DNA of 64,000 nt, from NCBI RefSeq assembly GCF_016026235.1, contig NZ_CP065613.1; one strand, written 5' to 3'. The DNA is from Escherichia coli. Lineage in GTDB: Bacteria; Pseudomonadota; Gammaproteobacteria; Enterobacterales; Enterobacteriaceae. Under the pieces are notes generated by a model. The model did no database searches and was not told where the DNA came from. It was given only the letters and a program-made list of their open reading frames with translations. Below, one piece after another: positions 53,113-64,000 of this stretch (positions are counted from its first letter, which is position 1; the number at the start of each line of letters is the position of its first letter). The translations under genes were made by a program, and so were the position numbers.

Positions 53113-54183
53113 ATGCGCGTTACCGATTTCTCCTTTGAATTGCCCGAATCCCTGATTGCCCACTATCCCATGCCTGAACGCAGTAGCTGTCGTTTACTGT
53201 CGCTGGACGGGCCGACGGGCGCGCTGACGCACGGTACTTTCACCGATTTACTTGATAAGCTCAACCCCGGCGATCTTCTGGTTTTTAATAATACCCGCGT
53301 GATCCCGGCGCGCCTGTTTGGGCGTAAAGCCAGCGGCGGCAAGATTGAAGTGCTGGTTGAACGGATGCTCGACGACAAACGCATTCTTGCGCATATTCGC
53401 GCCTCGAAAGCGCCAAAACCTGGCGCAGAACTGCTGCTGGGCGATGACGAAAGTATTAACGCAACAATGACCGCGCGCCACGGCGCACTGTTTGAAGTCG
53501 AATTTAATGATGAACGCTCGGTGCTGGATATTCTCAACAGCATCGGCCATATGCCGCTGCCGCCGTATATCGACCGTCCGGACGAAGACGCTGACCGCGA
53601 ACTTTATCAAACCGTTTATAGCGAAAAACCGGGCGCGGTTGCAGCCCCGACCGCAGGTCTGCATTTTGACGAACCTTTGCTGGAAAAATTACGCGCCAAA
53701 GGCGTGGAGATGGCGTTTGTGACGTTGCACGTTGGTGCGGGCACCTTCCAGCCGGTGCGCGTCGACACCATTGAAGATCACATCATGCACTCGGAATACG
53801 CTGAAGTGCCGCAGGATGTGGTAGACGCGGTACTGGCGGCGAAAGCGCGCGGTAACCGGGTGATTGCGGTTGGCACCACCTCAGTACGTTCGCTGGAAAG
53901 CGCGGCTCAGGCGGCGAAAAACGATCTTATCGAACCGTTCTTTGACGATACCCAAATCTTTATCTATCCGGGCTTCCAGTACAAAGTGGTCGATGCGCTG
54001 GTGACAAACTTCCACCTGCCGGAATCGACGCTGATTATGCTGGTTTCGGCCTTTGCCGGTTATCAACACACCATGAACGCCTATAAAGCAGCGGTAGAAG
54101 AGAAATATCGCTTTTTTAGTTACGGTGATGCGATGTTTATCACGTACAATCCGCAGGCAATTAATGAGCGCGTCGGGGAGTAA
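53113..54183 (+). CDS. queA: S-adenosylmethionine:tRNA ribosyltransferase-isomerase
   Basis: 356-aa ORF. Confidence 0.95.
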
Positions 54184-54223
54184 TTCCGCGGCGCTGGTTT
54201 AAAACGTTGGACTGTTTTTCTGA

Positions 54224-55366
<1,143 letters not shown>

Positions 55367-55388
55367 TATTAATAATGAGGGAAATTTA

Positions 55389-55721
55389 ATGAGCTTTTTT
55401 ATTTCTGATGCGGTAGCGGCAACGGGTGCACCGGCGCAAGGTAGCCCGATGTCTTTGATTTTGATGCTGGTGGTATTCGGTCTGATTTTCTATTTCATGA
55501 TCCTGCGTCCACAGCAGAAGCGCACCAAAGAACACAAAAAGCTGATGGACTCCATTGCCAAAGGTGATGAAGTTCTGACGAACGGTGGCCTGGTTGGTCG
55601 CGTAACCAAAGTAGCGGAAAACGGCTACATTGCTATCGCGCTGAATGACACCACTGAAGTAGTTATTAAACGTGACTTCGTAGCTGCCGTCCTGCCGAAA
55701 GGCACCATGAAGGCGCTGTAA
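55389..55721 (+). CDS. yajC: Sec translocon accessory subunit YajC
   Basis: ORF 55359..55721; ATG at 55389 (MSFFISDAVAATGA...) gives 110 aa. Confidence 0.9.
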   Translation: MSFFISDAVAATGAPAQGSPMSLILMLVVFGLIFYFMILRPQQKRTKEHKKLMDSIAKGDEVLTNGGLVGRVTKVAENGYIAIALNDTTEVVIKRDFVAAVLPKGTMKAL

Positions 55722-55748
55722 TTAAAATTTTTCCCTAAGGGAATTGCC

Positions 55749-57596
55749 GTGTTAAACCGTTATCCTTTGTGGAAGTACGTCATGCTGATTGTGGTGATTG
55801 TCATCGGTCTGCTGTATGCGCTTCCCAACCTGTTTGGTGAGGATCCGGCTGTTCAGATCACTGGTGCGCGCGGAGTCGCCGCCAGTGAGCAAACGCTGAT
55901 CCAGGTCCAGAAAACGTTACAAGAAGAAAAAATAACTGCTAAGTCTGTGGCACTGGAAGAGGGCGCTATTCTTGCGCGCTTCGACTCCACTGACACCCAG
56001 CTGCGCGCTCGTGAAGCATTAATGGGCGTTATGGGTGACAAATACGTCGTGGCGCTTAACCTTGCCCCGGCAACGCCGCGCTGGCTGGCAGCTATTCACG
56101 CTGAGCCGATGAAGCTCGGCCTTGACCTGCGTGGCGGCGTTCACTTCCTGATGGAAGTGGATATGGACACCGCGCTTGGCAAACTCCAGGAACAAAATAT
56201 CGATAGCCTGCGCAGCGACCTGCGCGAAAAAGGCATCCCGTATACCACCGTTCGTAAAGAAAACAACTACGGCCTGAGCATTACTTTCCGCGATGCTAAA
56301 GCTCGTGATGAAGCCATTGCGTATCTGAGCAAGCGCCATCCGGACCTGGTGATTAGTAGCCAGGGCAGCAACCAGCTGCGTGCGGTAATGAGCGATGCTC
56401 GTCTGAGTGAAGCGCGTGAATATGCGGTGCAGCAGAACATCAATATCCTGCGTAACCGTGTAAACCAACTTGGCGTGGCGGAGCCGGTGGTTCAGCGTCA
56501 GGGTGCTGACCGTATCGTTGTTGAACTGCCAGGTATTCAGGACACTGCGCGTGCGAAAGAGATTCTGGGTGCGACGGCAACGCTGGAATTCCGTCTGGTA
56601 AACACCAACGTTGATCAGGCCGCTGCGGCATCCGGTCGCGTACCGGGCGACTCTGAAGTGAAACAGACCCGCGAAGGTCAGCCGGTTGTGCTGTACAAAC
56701 GCGTAATTTTGACCGGTGACCATATCACTGACTCCACTTCCAGCCAGGACGAATACAACCAGCCGCAGGTTAACATCTCGCTCGATAGCGCTGGTGGTAA
56801 CATCATGTCTAACTTCACCAAGGACAACATCGGCAAACCGATGGCAACCCTGTTTGTGGAGTACAAAGACAGCGGTAAGAAAGATGCAAATGGTCGTGCG
56901 GTTCTGGTGAAACAGGAAGAGGTGATTAACATCGCCAATATCCAGTCTCGTCTGGGTAACAGCTTCCGTATCACCGGCATCAACAACCCGAACGAAGCCC
57001 GTCAGCTGTCACTGCTGCTGCGTGCCGGTGCGTTGATCGCGCCGATTCAGATTGTTGAAGAACGTACAATTGGCCCGACCCTGGGTATGCAGAACATTGA
57101 GCAGGGGCTGGAGGCTTGCCTTGCCGGTCTGCTGGTTTCTATTCTGTTCATGATCATCTTCTATAAGAAGTTTGGTCTGATTGCGACCAGTGCTCTGATT
57201 GCCAACTTGATCTTGATCGTCGGTATTATGTCGCTGTTGCCAGGCGCAACACTGAGTATGCCAGGTATCGCGGGTATCGTCTTAACCCTTGCGGTAGCGG
57301 TCGATGCGAACGTACTGATCAACGAACGTATTAAAGAAGAGTTGAGCAACGGACGTACTGTTCAACAGGCAATTGATGAAGGTTATCGTGGCGCATTCAG
57401 TTCTATCTTCGATGCGAACATCACCACGCTGATTAAAGTCATCATCCTGTACGCAGTGGGTACCGGGGCAATTAAAGGGTTCGCGATTACTACCGGTATC
57501 GGTGTGGCGACGTCGATGTTTACCGCGATTGTCGGTACGCGTGCCATCGTAAACCTGCTATATGGCGGCAAGCGCGTCAAGAAGCTGTCAATCTGA
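55749..57596 (+). CDS. secD: protein translocase subunit SecD
   Basis: 615-aa ORF. Confidence 0.95.
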   Translation: MLNRYPLWKYVMLIVVIVIGLLYALPNLFGEDPAVQITGARGVAASEQTLIQVQKTLQEEKITAKSVALEEGAILARFDSTDTQLRAREALMGVMGDKYVVALNLAPATPRWLAAIHAEPMKLGLDLRGGVHFLMEVDMDTALGKLQEQNIDSLRSDLREKGIPYTTVRKENNYGLSITFRDAKARDEAIAYLSKRHPDLVISSQGSNQLRAVMSDARLSEAREYAVQQNINILRNRVNQLGVAEPVVQRQGADRIVVELPGIQDTARAKEILGATATLEFRLVNTNVDQAAAASGRVPGDSEVKQTREGQPVVLYKRVILTGDHITDSTSSQDEYNQPQVNISLDSAGGNIMSNFTKDNIGKPMATLFVEYKDSGKKDANGRAVLVKQEEVINIANIQSRLGNSFRITGINNPNEARQLSLLLRAGALIAPIQIVEERTIGPTLGMQNIEQGLEACLAGLLVSILFMIIFYKKFGLIATSALIANLILIVGIMSLLPGATLSMPGIAGIVLTLAVAVDANVLINERIKEELSNGRTVQQAIDEGYRGAFSSIFDANITTLIKVIILYAVGTGAIKGFAITTGIGVATSMFTAIVGTRAIVNLLYGGKRVKKLSI

Positions 57597-57606
57597 GGAG
57601 TGCGAT

Positions 57607-58578
57607 GTGGCACAGGAATATACTGTTGAACAACTAAACCACGGCCGTAAAGTCTATGACTTTATGCGCTGGGACTACTGGGCTTTCGGCATCTCTGGTC
57701 TGCTGTTAATCGCTGCTATCGTTATTATGGGCGTGCGCGGCTTTAACTGGGGGCTGGATTTCACCGGTGGTACGGTTATCGAAATTACGCTCGAAAAACC
57801 GGCTGAAATTGACGTAATGCGTGATGCATTGCAAAAAGCCGGTTTTGAAGAGCCAATGCTGCAAAACTTTGGTAGCAGCCACGACATCATGGTCCGTATG
57901 CCGCCTGCTGAAGGCGAAACCGGCGGTCAGGTGCTGGGCAGCCAGGTTCTGAAGGTGATTAACGAATCCACCAATCAGAATGCAGCAGTGAAGCGTATTG
58001 AGTTCGTCGGTCCGAGCGTGGGGGCAGACCTTGCGCAAACCGGTGCGATGGCGTTGATGGCAGCGCTGCTGTCTATCCTCGTGTACGTAGGTTTCCGCTT
58101 TGAGTGGCGACTGGCGGCAGGGGTGGTTATTGCGCTGGCGCACGACGTTATCATTACGCTGGGTATTTTGTCGTTATTCCATATCGAGATTGACCTGACC
58201 ATTGTGGCATCGTTGATGTCGGTTATCGGTTACTCGCTTAACGACAGTATCGTGGTATCGGACCGAATTCGTGAAAACTTCCGCAAGATCCGTCGCGGTA
58301 CGCCTTACGAAATCTTTAACGTGTCCTTGACCCAGACGCTGCACCGTACCTTGATCACATCCGGTACTACCTTGATGGTTATCCTGATGCTGTATCTCTT
58401 CGGTGGTCCGGTACTGGAAGGCTTCTCGCTGACCATGCTTATCGGTGTTTCCATCGGTACTGCATCTTCCATCTATGTGGCATCTGCGTTGGCTCTGAAA
58501 CTGGGTATGAAGCGCGAACACATGTTGCAGCAGAAAGTGGAAAAAGAAGGGGCGGATCAGCCGTCAATTCTGCCGTAA
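57607..58578 (+). CDS. secF: protein translocase subunit SecF
   Basis: ORF 57562..58578; GTG at 57607 ([19 protein letters not shown]) gives 323 aa. Confidence 0.9.
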
Positions 58579-58598
58579 TCAAGTTCCCGTTGATGTTG

Positions 58599-58630
58599 AA
58601 AATCCCGGTCAGAAGATCGGGATTTTTTTT
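58599..58630 (+). terminator. rho-independent terminator after secF
   Basis: Stem AAATCCCG...CGGGATTT followed by a T8 run. Confidence 0.7.
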
Positions 58631-58706
58631 GATGTATGGAGATTGCGAAAATCCCCGCATCTTGGGAAACTGCGCGTAACCCTACATTTCATCCAGGTAA
58701 CTTTTC

Positions 58707-59054
58707 ATGGCTATCATCCCAAAAAACTATGCGCGGTTAGAAAGCGGCTATCGCGAAAAAGCATTAAAAATCTATCCGTGGGTCTGCGGTCGCTGTTCCC
58801 GCGAGTTTGTTTATTCCAACCTGCGTGAACTTACCGTTCATCACATTGATCACGACCATACCAATAACCCGGAAGATGGCAGTAACTGGGAATTGCTTTG
58901 TCTCTATTGCCACGATCATGAGCATTCGAAATATACCGAAGCGGATCAGTATGGTACGACCGTTATCGCAGGGGAAGATGCGCAGAAAGATGTCGGTGAA
59001 GCGAAGTACAACCCATTCGCTGACCTGAAAGCGATGATGAACAAGAAGAAGTGA
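58707..59054 (+). CDS. yajD: HNH nuclease family protein YajD
   Basis: 115 aa; Cys/His-rich HNH motif (CGRCSREF...HHIDHDHTNN...CLYCHDHEH). Confidence 0.85.
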   Translation: MAIIPKNYARLESGYREKALKIYPWVCGRCSREFVYSNLRELTVHHIDHDHTNNPEDGSNWELLCLYCHDHEHSKYTEADQYGTTVIAGEDAQKDVGEAKYNPFADLKAMMNKKK

Positions 59055-59068
59055 TTAAAACGTAAAAT

Positions 59069-59170
59069 TGCCTGATGCGCTACGCTTATCAGGCCTACGT
59101 TATTTCAGCAATATATTGAATTTACGTGCTTTTGTGGGCCGGACAAAGCGTTTACGCCGCATCCGGCATG
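59069..59170. repeat. two REP elements (BIME-like) in the yajD-tsx intergenic region
   Basis: GCCTGATGCGCTACGCTTATCAGGCCTAC and GCCGGACAAAGCGTTTACGCCGCATCCGGC palindromes. Confidence 0.8.
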
Positions 59171-59230
59171 AACAAAGCGCACGTTGTTAACAATCTGAAA
59201 TGCCGGGAATAAATCCCGGCATTTTCATAA

Positions 59231-60115
59231 TCAGAAGTTGTAACCTACTACCAGGTAACCACCCCAGCCGGTAGAGCGAACGTTGAAGTTGCCGTTGCCG
59301 AAGTTCAGTTCTGCATCGTCGTTCCACTGACCACCGTCGTGCCAGTAACGAGCTACGACAGAGTAGTGCCAGTGATCGTAGTTCAGAGCCAGAATATGGC
59401 TGGAAGCGATAGAGTTATTAGTACGGGTCTTAATACCGTTGATTGCGTTACCGCTGTCATCCCCTAAATCGGAACCCCAGTCGAAGTTGGTGAAGCCGAT
59501 GTAGCTCAGCTGACCGCCCCACAGATCGGTAATCGGCACAAAGTATTTAATTTTGAAACGGTAACCGTCCCACTCGTTTTCGTTCGCTGCGCCATAGTTC
59601 TGCCACTGGTATTTCGCATAGACGTTCATGGACAGGCTCATCGGCAGGCCAGTGTCGATATCGGTACCCAGACCCATGTACCAGGTGCTCTGGCGACCAT
59701 CTTTATTACGACCCATGTCGTAAATGTAGTTGTTCGCGAAGTACCACTCTTTGAACGGACCGAAGCTAAGGTCAGTATTGGTCAGCTTGTCGATGGAGAA
59801 ACGTGGTTCGATTTCCATAAACAGCGGAGAACCGTGGTTCCAGATACCTTTTGCATCGGAGTTACCGCCGAAGAATACCGGCGCATCCGCATAACCATAG
59901 AAGTCGAACCAGTCTTTTTTAGCGAATGCTTCGTACTCAAGGTAGGTATCGTTGCGGATCTGCGGTCCGAAACGGGTGTGATAGCTTCCGACAACGTTAA
60001 CGCTCTGGTGCCACCAGTCGGAAAGATACTGCGGTTTGTCGTTTTCAGCTGCGTTGACAGTAAAAGACGAAGAGAGCGCCAGTACCGCACCGGCTGCCAG
60101 TAATGTTTTTTTCAT
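59231..60115 (-). CDS. tsx: nucleoside-specific outer membrane channel Tsx
   Basis: ORF 59231..60163; ATG at 60115 ([22 protein letters not shown]) gives 294 aa; ends ...VVGYNF. Confidence 0.95.
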
Positions 60116-60413
60116 ATGTATGCCACTGTTTGAAAATCCCTTGCGGGAGTGAAAAAGGCGCAAATTGCGTTTCTAAATATTACGTATACAGAGGAGCCTA
60201 TTATAAAAATCATTGCTCACAAAAATATGTTTCGTTTCACAGTTCTATCATTTACGTAATCGATTGCGTTCACGTTTACACACATTCGGGCAGGGATTGT
60301 ACTGACTTTCACCCTTGTTGCAAACTTTTACTATCAATCTGGGTGATGTAAGCGGAGTAACAAAATGACGGGGAAAGATGTTGCGGGACGCACAAAATCG
60401 CCCCGAAATACGT

Positions 60414-60953
60414 TTACTGCATAACAGGTTGAATATCGTGGATACGTACGAAGTCTAACTGTTCTACAGAAATACCCTTTAACTGTAACGGAATATCAAC
60501 ATCGCTGGGGGCGAGGACGCTGGCAGGGGCATTAATCAATTGATTCTGCACATTGATTTCCTGAAAGTTGTCTATTGTTCCCTGAATTTGCCCATATTCA
60601 ACAGTTCCGCTGAATGCGGGCAAGGGATCATTCGACTCGCCCTGAATACGTAGCGTCAGGGTGGTGCCATCTGCATCAGGCGTAATATTCACCAGCGACA
60701 TACGTAAAGTACCGATCTGGCTTTCCAGTCTTGCCGGTGTTTTCGCTCCTGGCAGAAGGTAAACCCCACTGCTGGATTTTGCATTCAGCCTGTTTTGCTG
60801 AGTGATTTTGACCGTTTCTTTATTGAGCTGCGTCATCTCTTGGTTCAGCGTGCTGACGCTGTGTTTCATCTGTCGCACTTCGCTCTGCTGCACACAGGCG
60901 CTAAGGCTGAACAGGCTTCCCTGCAGGAGCAGTCGAAAAACGTTAGTATTCAT
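60414..60953 (-). CDS. yajI: lipoprotein YajI
   Basis: ORF 60414..61013; ATG at 60953 (MNTNVFRLLLQGSLFSLSAC) gives 179 aa with lipobox. Confidence 0.85.
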   Translation of the reverse strand: MNTNVFRLLLQGSLFSLSACVQQSEVRQMKHSVSTLNQEMTQLNKETVKITQQNRLNAKSSSGVYLLPGAKTPARLESQIGTLRMSLVNITPDADGTTLTLRIQGESNDPLPAFSGTVEYGQIQGTIDNFQEINVQNQLINAPASVLAPSDVDIPLQLKGISVEQLDFVRIHDIQPVMQ

Positions 60954-61067
60954 AGGTCGTCCCTTTCTCGTCGCAATTAGCCTAATGGTAGAGGGTAAAA
61001 GCAGCGAAAGCATCGATCCTTTATCTCAAAAGCGTTGCGCCTTTGTTGTATCGTCAGTTCAGGGTAA

Positions 61068-61553
<486 letters not shown>

Positions 61554-61556
61554 GCC

Positions 61557-62660
61557 GTGCAGGACGAGTATTACATGGCGCGGGCGCTAAAGCTGGCGCA
61601 ACGAGGACGTTTTACCACGCATCCCAACCCGAATGTCGGGTGCGTCATTGTCAAAGATGGCGAAATTGTCGGTGAAGGTTACCACCAACGTGCGGGTGAA
61701 CCACATGCCGAAGTACACGCGTTGCGTATGGCGGGTGAAAAAGCCAAAGGTGCGATCGCCTATGTCACACTCGAACCCTGTAGCCATCATGGTCGTACGC
61801 CACCGTGCTGTGACGCACTCATCGCCGCTGGCGTAGCGCGCGTGGTTGCCTCGATGCAAGATCCTAACCCGCAGGTCGCTGGGCGTGGACTTTACCGTCT
61901 GCAACAGGCTGGCATTGACGTCAGCCACGGCCTGATGATGAGTGAAGCCGAGCAATTGAATAAAGGCTTTCTCAAGCGGATGCGCACCGGCTTTCCTTAT
62001 ATTCAGTTAAAACTTGGCGCATCGCTTGATGGTCGCACGGCGATGGCGAGCGGCGAAAGCCAGTGGATCACTTCGCCCCAGGCGCGGCGTGATGTACAAC
62101 TACTGCGCGCGCAAAGTCATGCCATTTTAACCAGCAGCGCCACGGTGCTGGCGGATGATCCTGCCTTAACGGTGCGTTGGTCCGAACTGGATGAACAAAC
62201 TCAGGCGCTCTACCCGCAACAAAATCTCCGCCAGCCGATACGTATTGTGATTGATAGCCAAAATCGCGTGACGCCGGAACATCACATTGTGCAGCAGCCC
62301 GGCGAAACCTGGTTCGCGCGTACGCAGGAAGATTCTCGTGAGTGGCCGGAAACGGTGCGTACCTTGCTGATTCCAGAGCATAAAGGTCATCTGGATCTGG
62401 TTGTACTGATGATGCAACTGGGTAAACAGCAGATTAACAGCATCTGGGTGGAAGCGGGGCCAACGCTCGCTGGCGCATTGCTGCAGGCGGGTTTAGTCGA
62501 TGAGCTGATTGTCTATATCGCACCTAAACTATTAGGCAGCGACGCCCGCGGATTATGCACGCTGCCAGGGCTTGAGAAATTAGCCGACGCCCCCCAATTT
62601 AAATTCAAAGAGATACGTCATGTAGGCCCGGATGTTTGCCTGCATTTAGTGGGTGCATGA
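61557..62660 (+). CDS. ribD: bifunctional riboflavin biosynthesis deaminase/reductase
   Basis: 367 aa; cytidine-deaminase zinc motif HAE...[11 protein letters not shown]. Confidence 0.95.
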
Positions 62661-62748
62661 TCTCCCGGCTCGAAAGGGAAGCAGCGCACGAAATATTATG
62701 CTAAAATCCGCCCCCCTGCGGGGCCATACTCGAACCCGAAGGAAGAAA

Positions 62749-63219
62749 ATGAACATTATTGAAGCTAACGTTGCTACCCCGGACGCTCGCGTCGCCATCA
62801 CCATCGCGCGTTTCAACAACTTTATCAATGACAGCCTGCTGGAAGGTGCAATTGACGCACTGAAACGTATCGGTCAGGTAAAAGATGAAAACATTACCGT
62901 TGTTTGGGTGCCTGGTGCCTATGAGCTGCCGCTGGCGGCGGGTGCACTGGCTAAAACCGGTAAATACGACGCGGTGATTGCGCTGGGTACGGTTATTCGT
63001 GGTGGCACTGCCCACTTTGAATATGTCGCTGGTGGTGCAAGCAACGGCCTGGCGCATGTTGCCCAGGACAGCGAAATTCCGGTTGCTTTTGGGGTTCTGA
63101 CCACTGAAAGCATTGAACAAGCGATCGAACGTGCTGGCACCAAAGCTGGCAACAAAGGTGCAGAAGCTGCACTGACCGCGCTTGAAATGATTAATGTATT
63201 GAAAGCCATCAAGGCCTGA
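62749..63219 (+). CDS. ribE: 6,7-dimethyl-8-ribityllumazine synthase
   Basis: ORF 62653..63219; ATG at 62749 ([15 protein letters not shown]...) gives 156 aa. Confidence 0.9.
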
Positions 63220-63238
63220 AATTAGTAAGGGGAAATCC

Positions 63239-63658
63239 GTGAAACCTGCTGCTCGTCGCCGCGCTCGTGAGTGTGCCGTCCAGGCGCTCTACTCCTGGCA
63301 GTTGTCCCAGAACGACATCGCTGATGTTGAATACCAGTTCCTGGCTGAACAGGATGTAAAAGACGTTGACGTCCTGTACTTCCGTGAGCTGCTGGCCGGG
63401 GTGGCGACTAATACCGCATACCTCGACGGACTGATGAAGCCATACCTGTCCCGCCTGCTGGAAGAACTGGGACAGGTAGAAAAAGCAGTACTGCGCATTG
63501 CGCTGTACGAACTGTCTAAACGTAGCGATGTGCCATACAAAGTGGCCATTAACGAAGCGATCGAACTGGCGAAATCGTTCGGCGCAGAAGACAGCCATAA
63601 GTTCGTCAACGGCGTACTCGATAAAGCAGCACCTGTGATTCGCCCTAACAAAAAGTGA
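63239..63658 (+). CDS. nusB: transcription antitermination factor NusB
   Basis: 139-aa ORF starting on GTG ([20 protein letters not shown]...). Confidence 0.95.
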
Positions 63659-63735
63659 TATCCAGGCCGGTAGATTCACGGAAGACCGTTCCATGATCGC
63701 CGGCCTTTTCTTTTTTACCTGCTGAGGCATAACGT

Positions 63736-64000
63736 ATGGCATGTGGCGAGTTCTCCCTGATTGCCCGTTATTTTGACCGTGTAAGAAGTTCTCGTCTTGA
63801 TGTCGAACTGGGCATCGGCGACGATTGCGCACTTCTCAATATCCCCGAGAAACAGACCCTGGCGATCAGCACTGATACGCTGGTGGCGGGTAACCATTTC
63901 CTCCCTGATATCGATCCTGCTGATCTGGCTTATAAAGCACTGGCGGTGAACCTAAGCGATCTGGCAGCGATGGGGGCCGATCCGGCCTGGCTGACGCTGG
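63736..64000 (+). CDS. thiL: thiamine-monophosphate kinase, N-terminal part; 3' end lies outside window
   Basis: ATG at 63736; translation [16 protein letters not shown]... stays open to the window end; position after nusB. Confidence 0.85.

Noticed and set aside
56019-56723. 234-aa minus-strand ORF inside secD
   Set aside because: Antisense to an essential, conserved gene; no start context

Overview
This window reads as a syntenic stretch of Escherichia coli chromosome (K-12 order mhpF-mhpE-mhpT-yaiL-frmBAR ... tauABCD-hemB-yaiT-yaiV-ampH-sbmA-yaiW-yaiY-yaiZ-ddlA-iraP-phoA-psiF-adrA-proC-yaiI-aroL-yaiA-aroM-ppnP-rdgC-mak-araJ-sbcCD-phoBR-brnQ-proY-malZ-acpH-queA-tgt-yajC-secDF-yajD-tsx-yajI-nrdR-ribD-ribE-nusB-thiL). 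Gene calls rest on the supplied six-frame translations matched against my memory of the K-12 proteins; start codons were adjusted where the ORF track over-extends and checked against the nucleotide sequence. The one clear accessory segment is a roughly 8 kb block (about 6.4-14.5 kb) between frmR and tauA, where K-12 carries yaiO/IS/yaiP/yaiS. It encodes, all on the minus strand, a UhpA-like response regulator, a UhpB-like histidine kinase, a UhpC-like MFS sensor and an AfuABC-type ABC importer. I believe this island is already described in pathogenic E. coli and Citrobacter as a sugar-phosphate uptake system, so it is not new. I found no CRISPR array, transposase, integrase, phage gene or recognisable defence system, and I cannot support a claim of a previously undescribed system. 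Other points worth a second look are an intact yaiT autotransporter behind an AT-rich leader, a near-perfect tandem BIME/REP array after mhpE, an unclassified tandem repeat plus G/C hairpin between tauD and hemB, and the perfect G6/C6 palindromic operator upstream of frmR. Nothing here was confirmed by database search.
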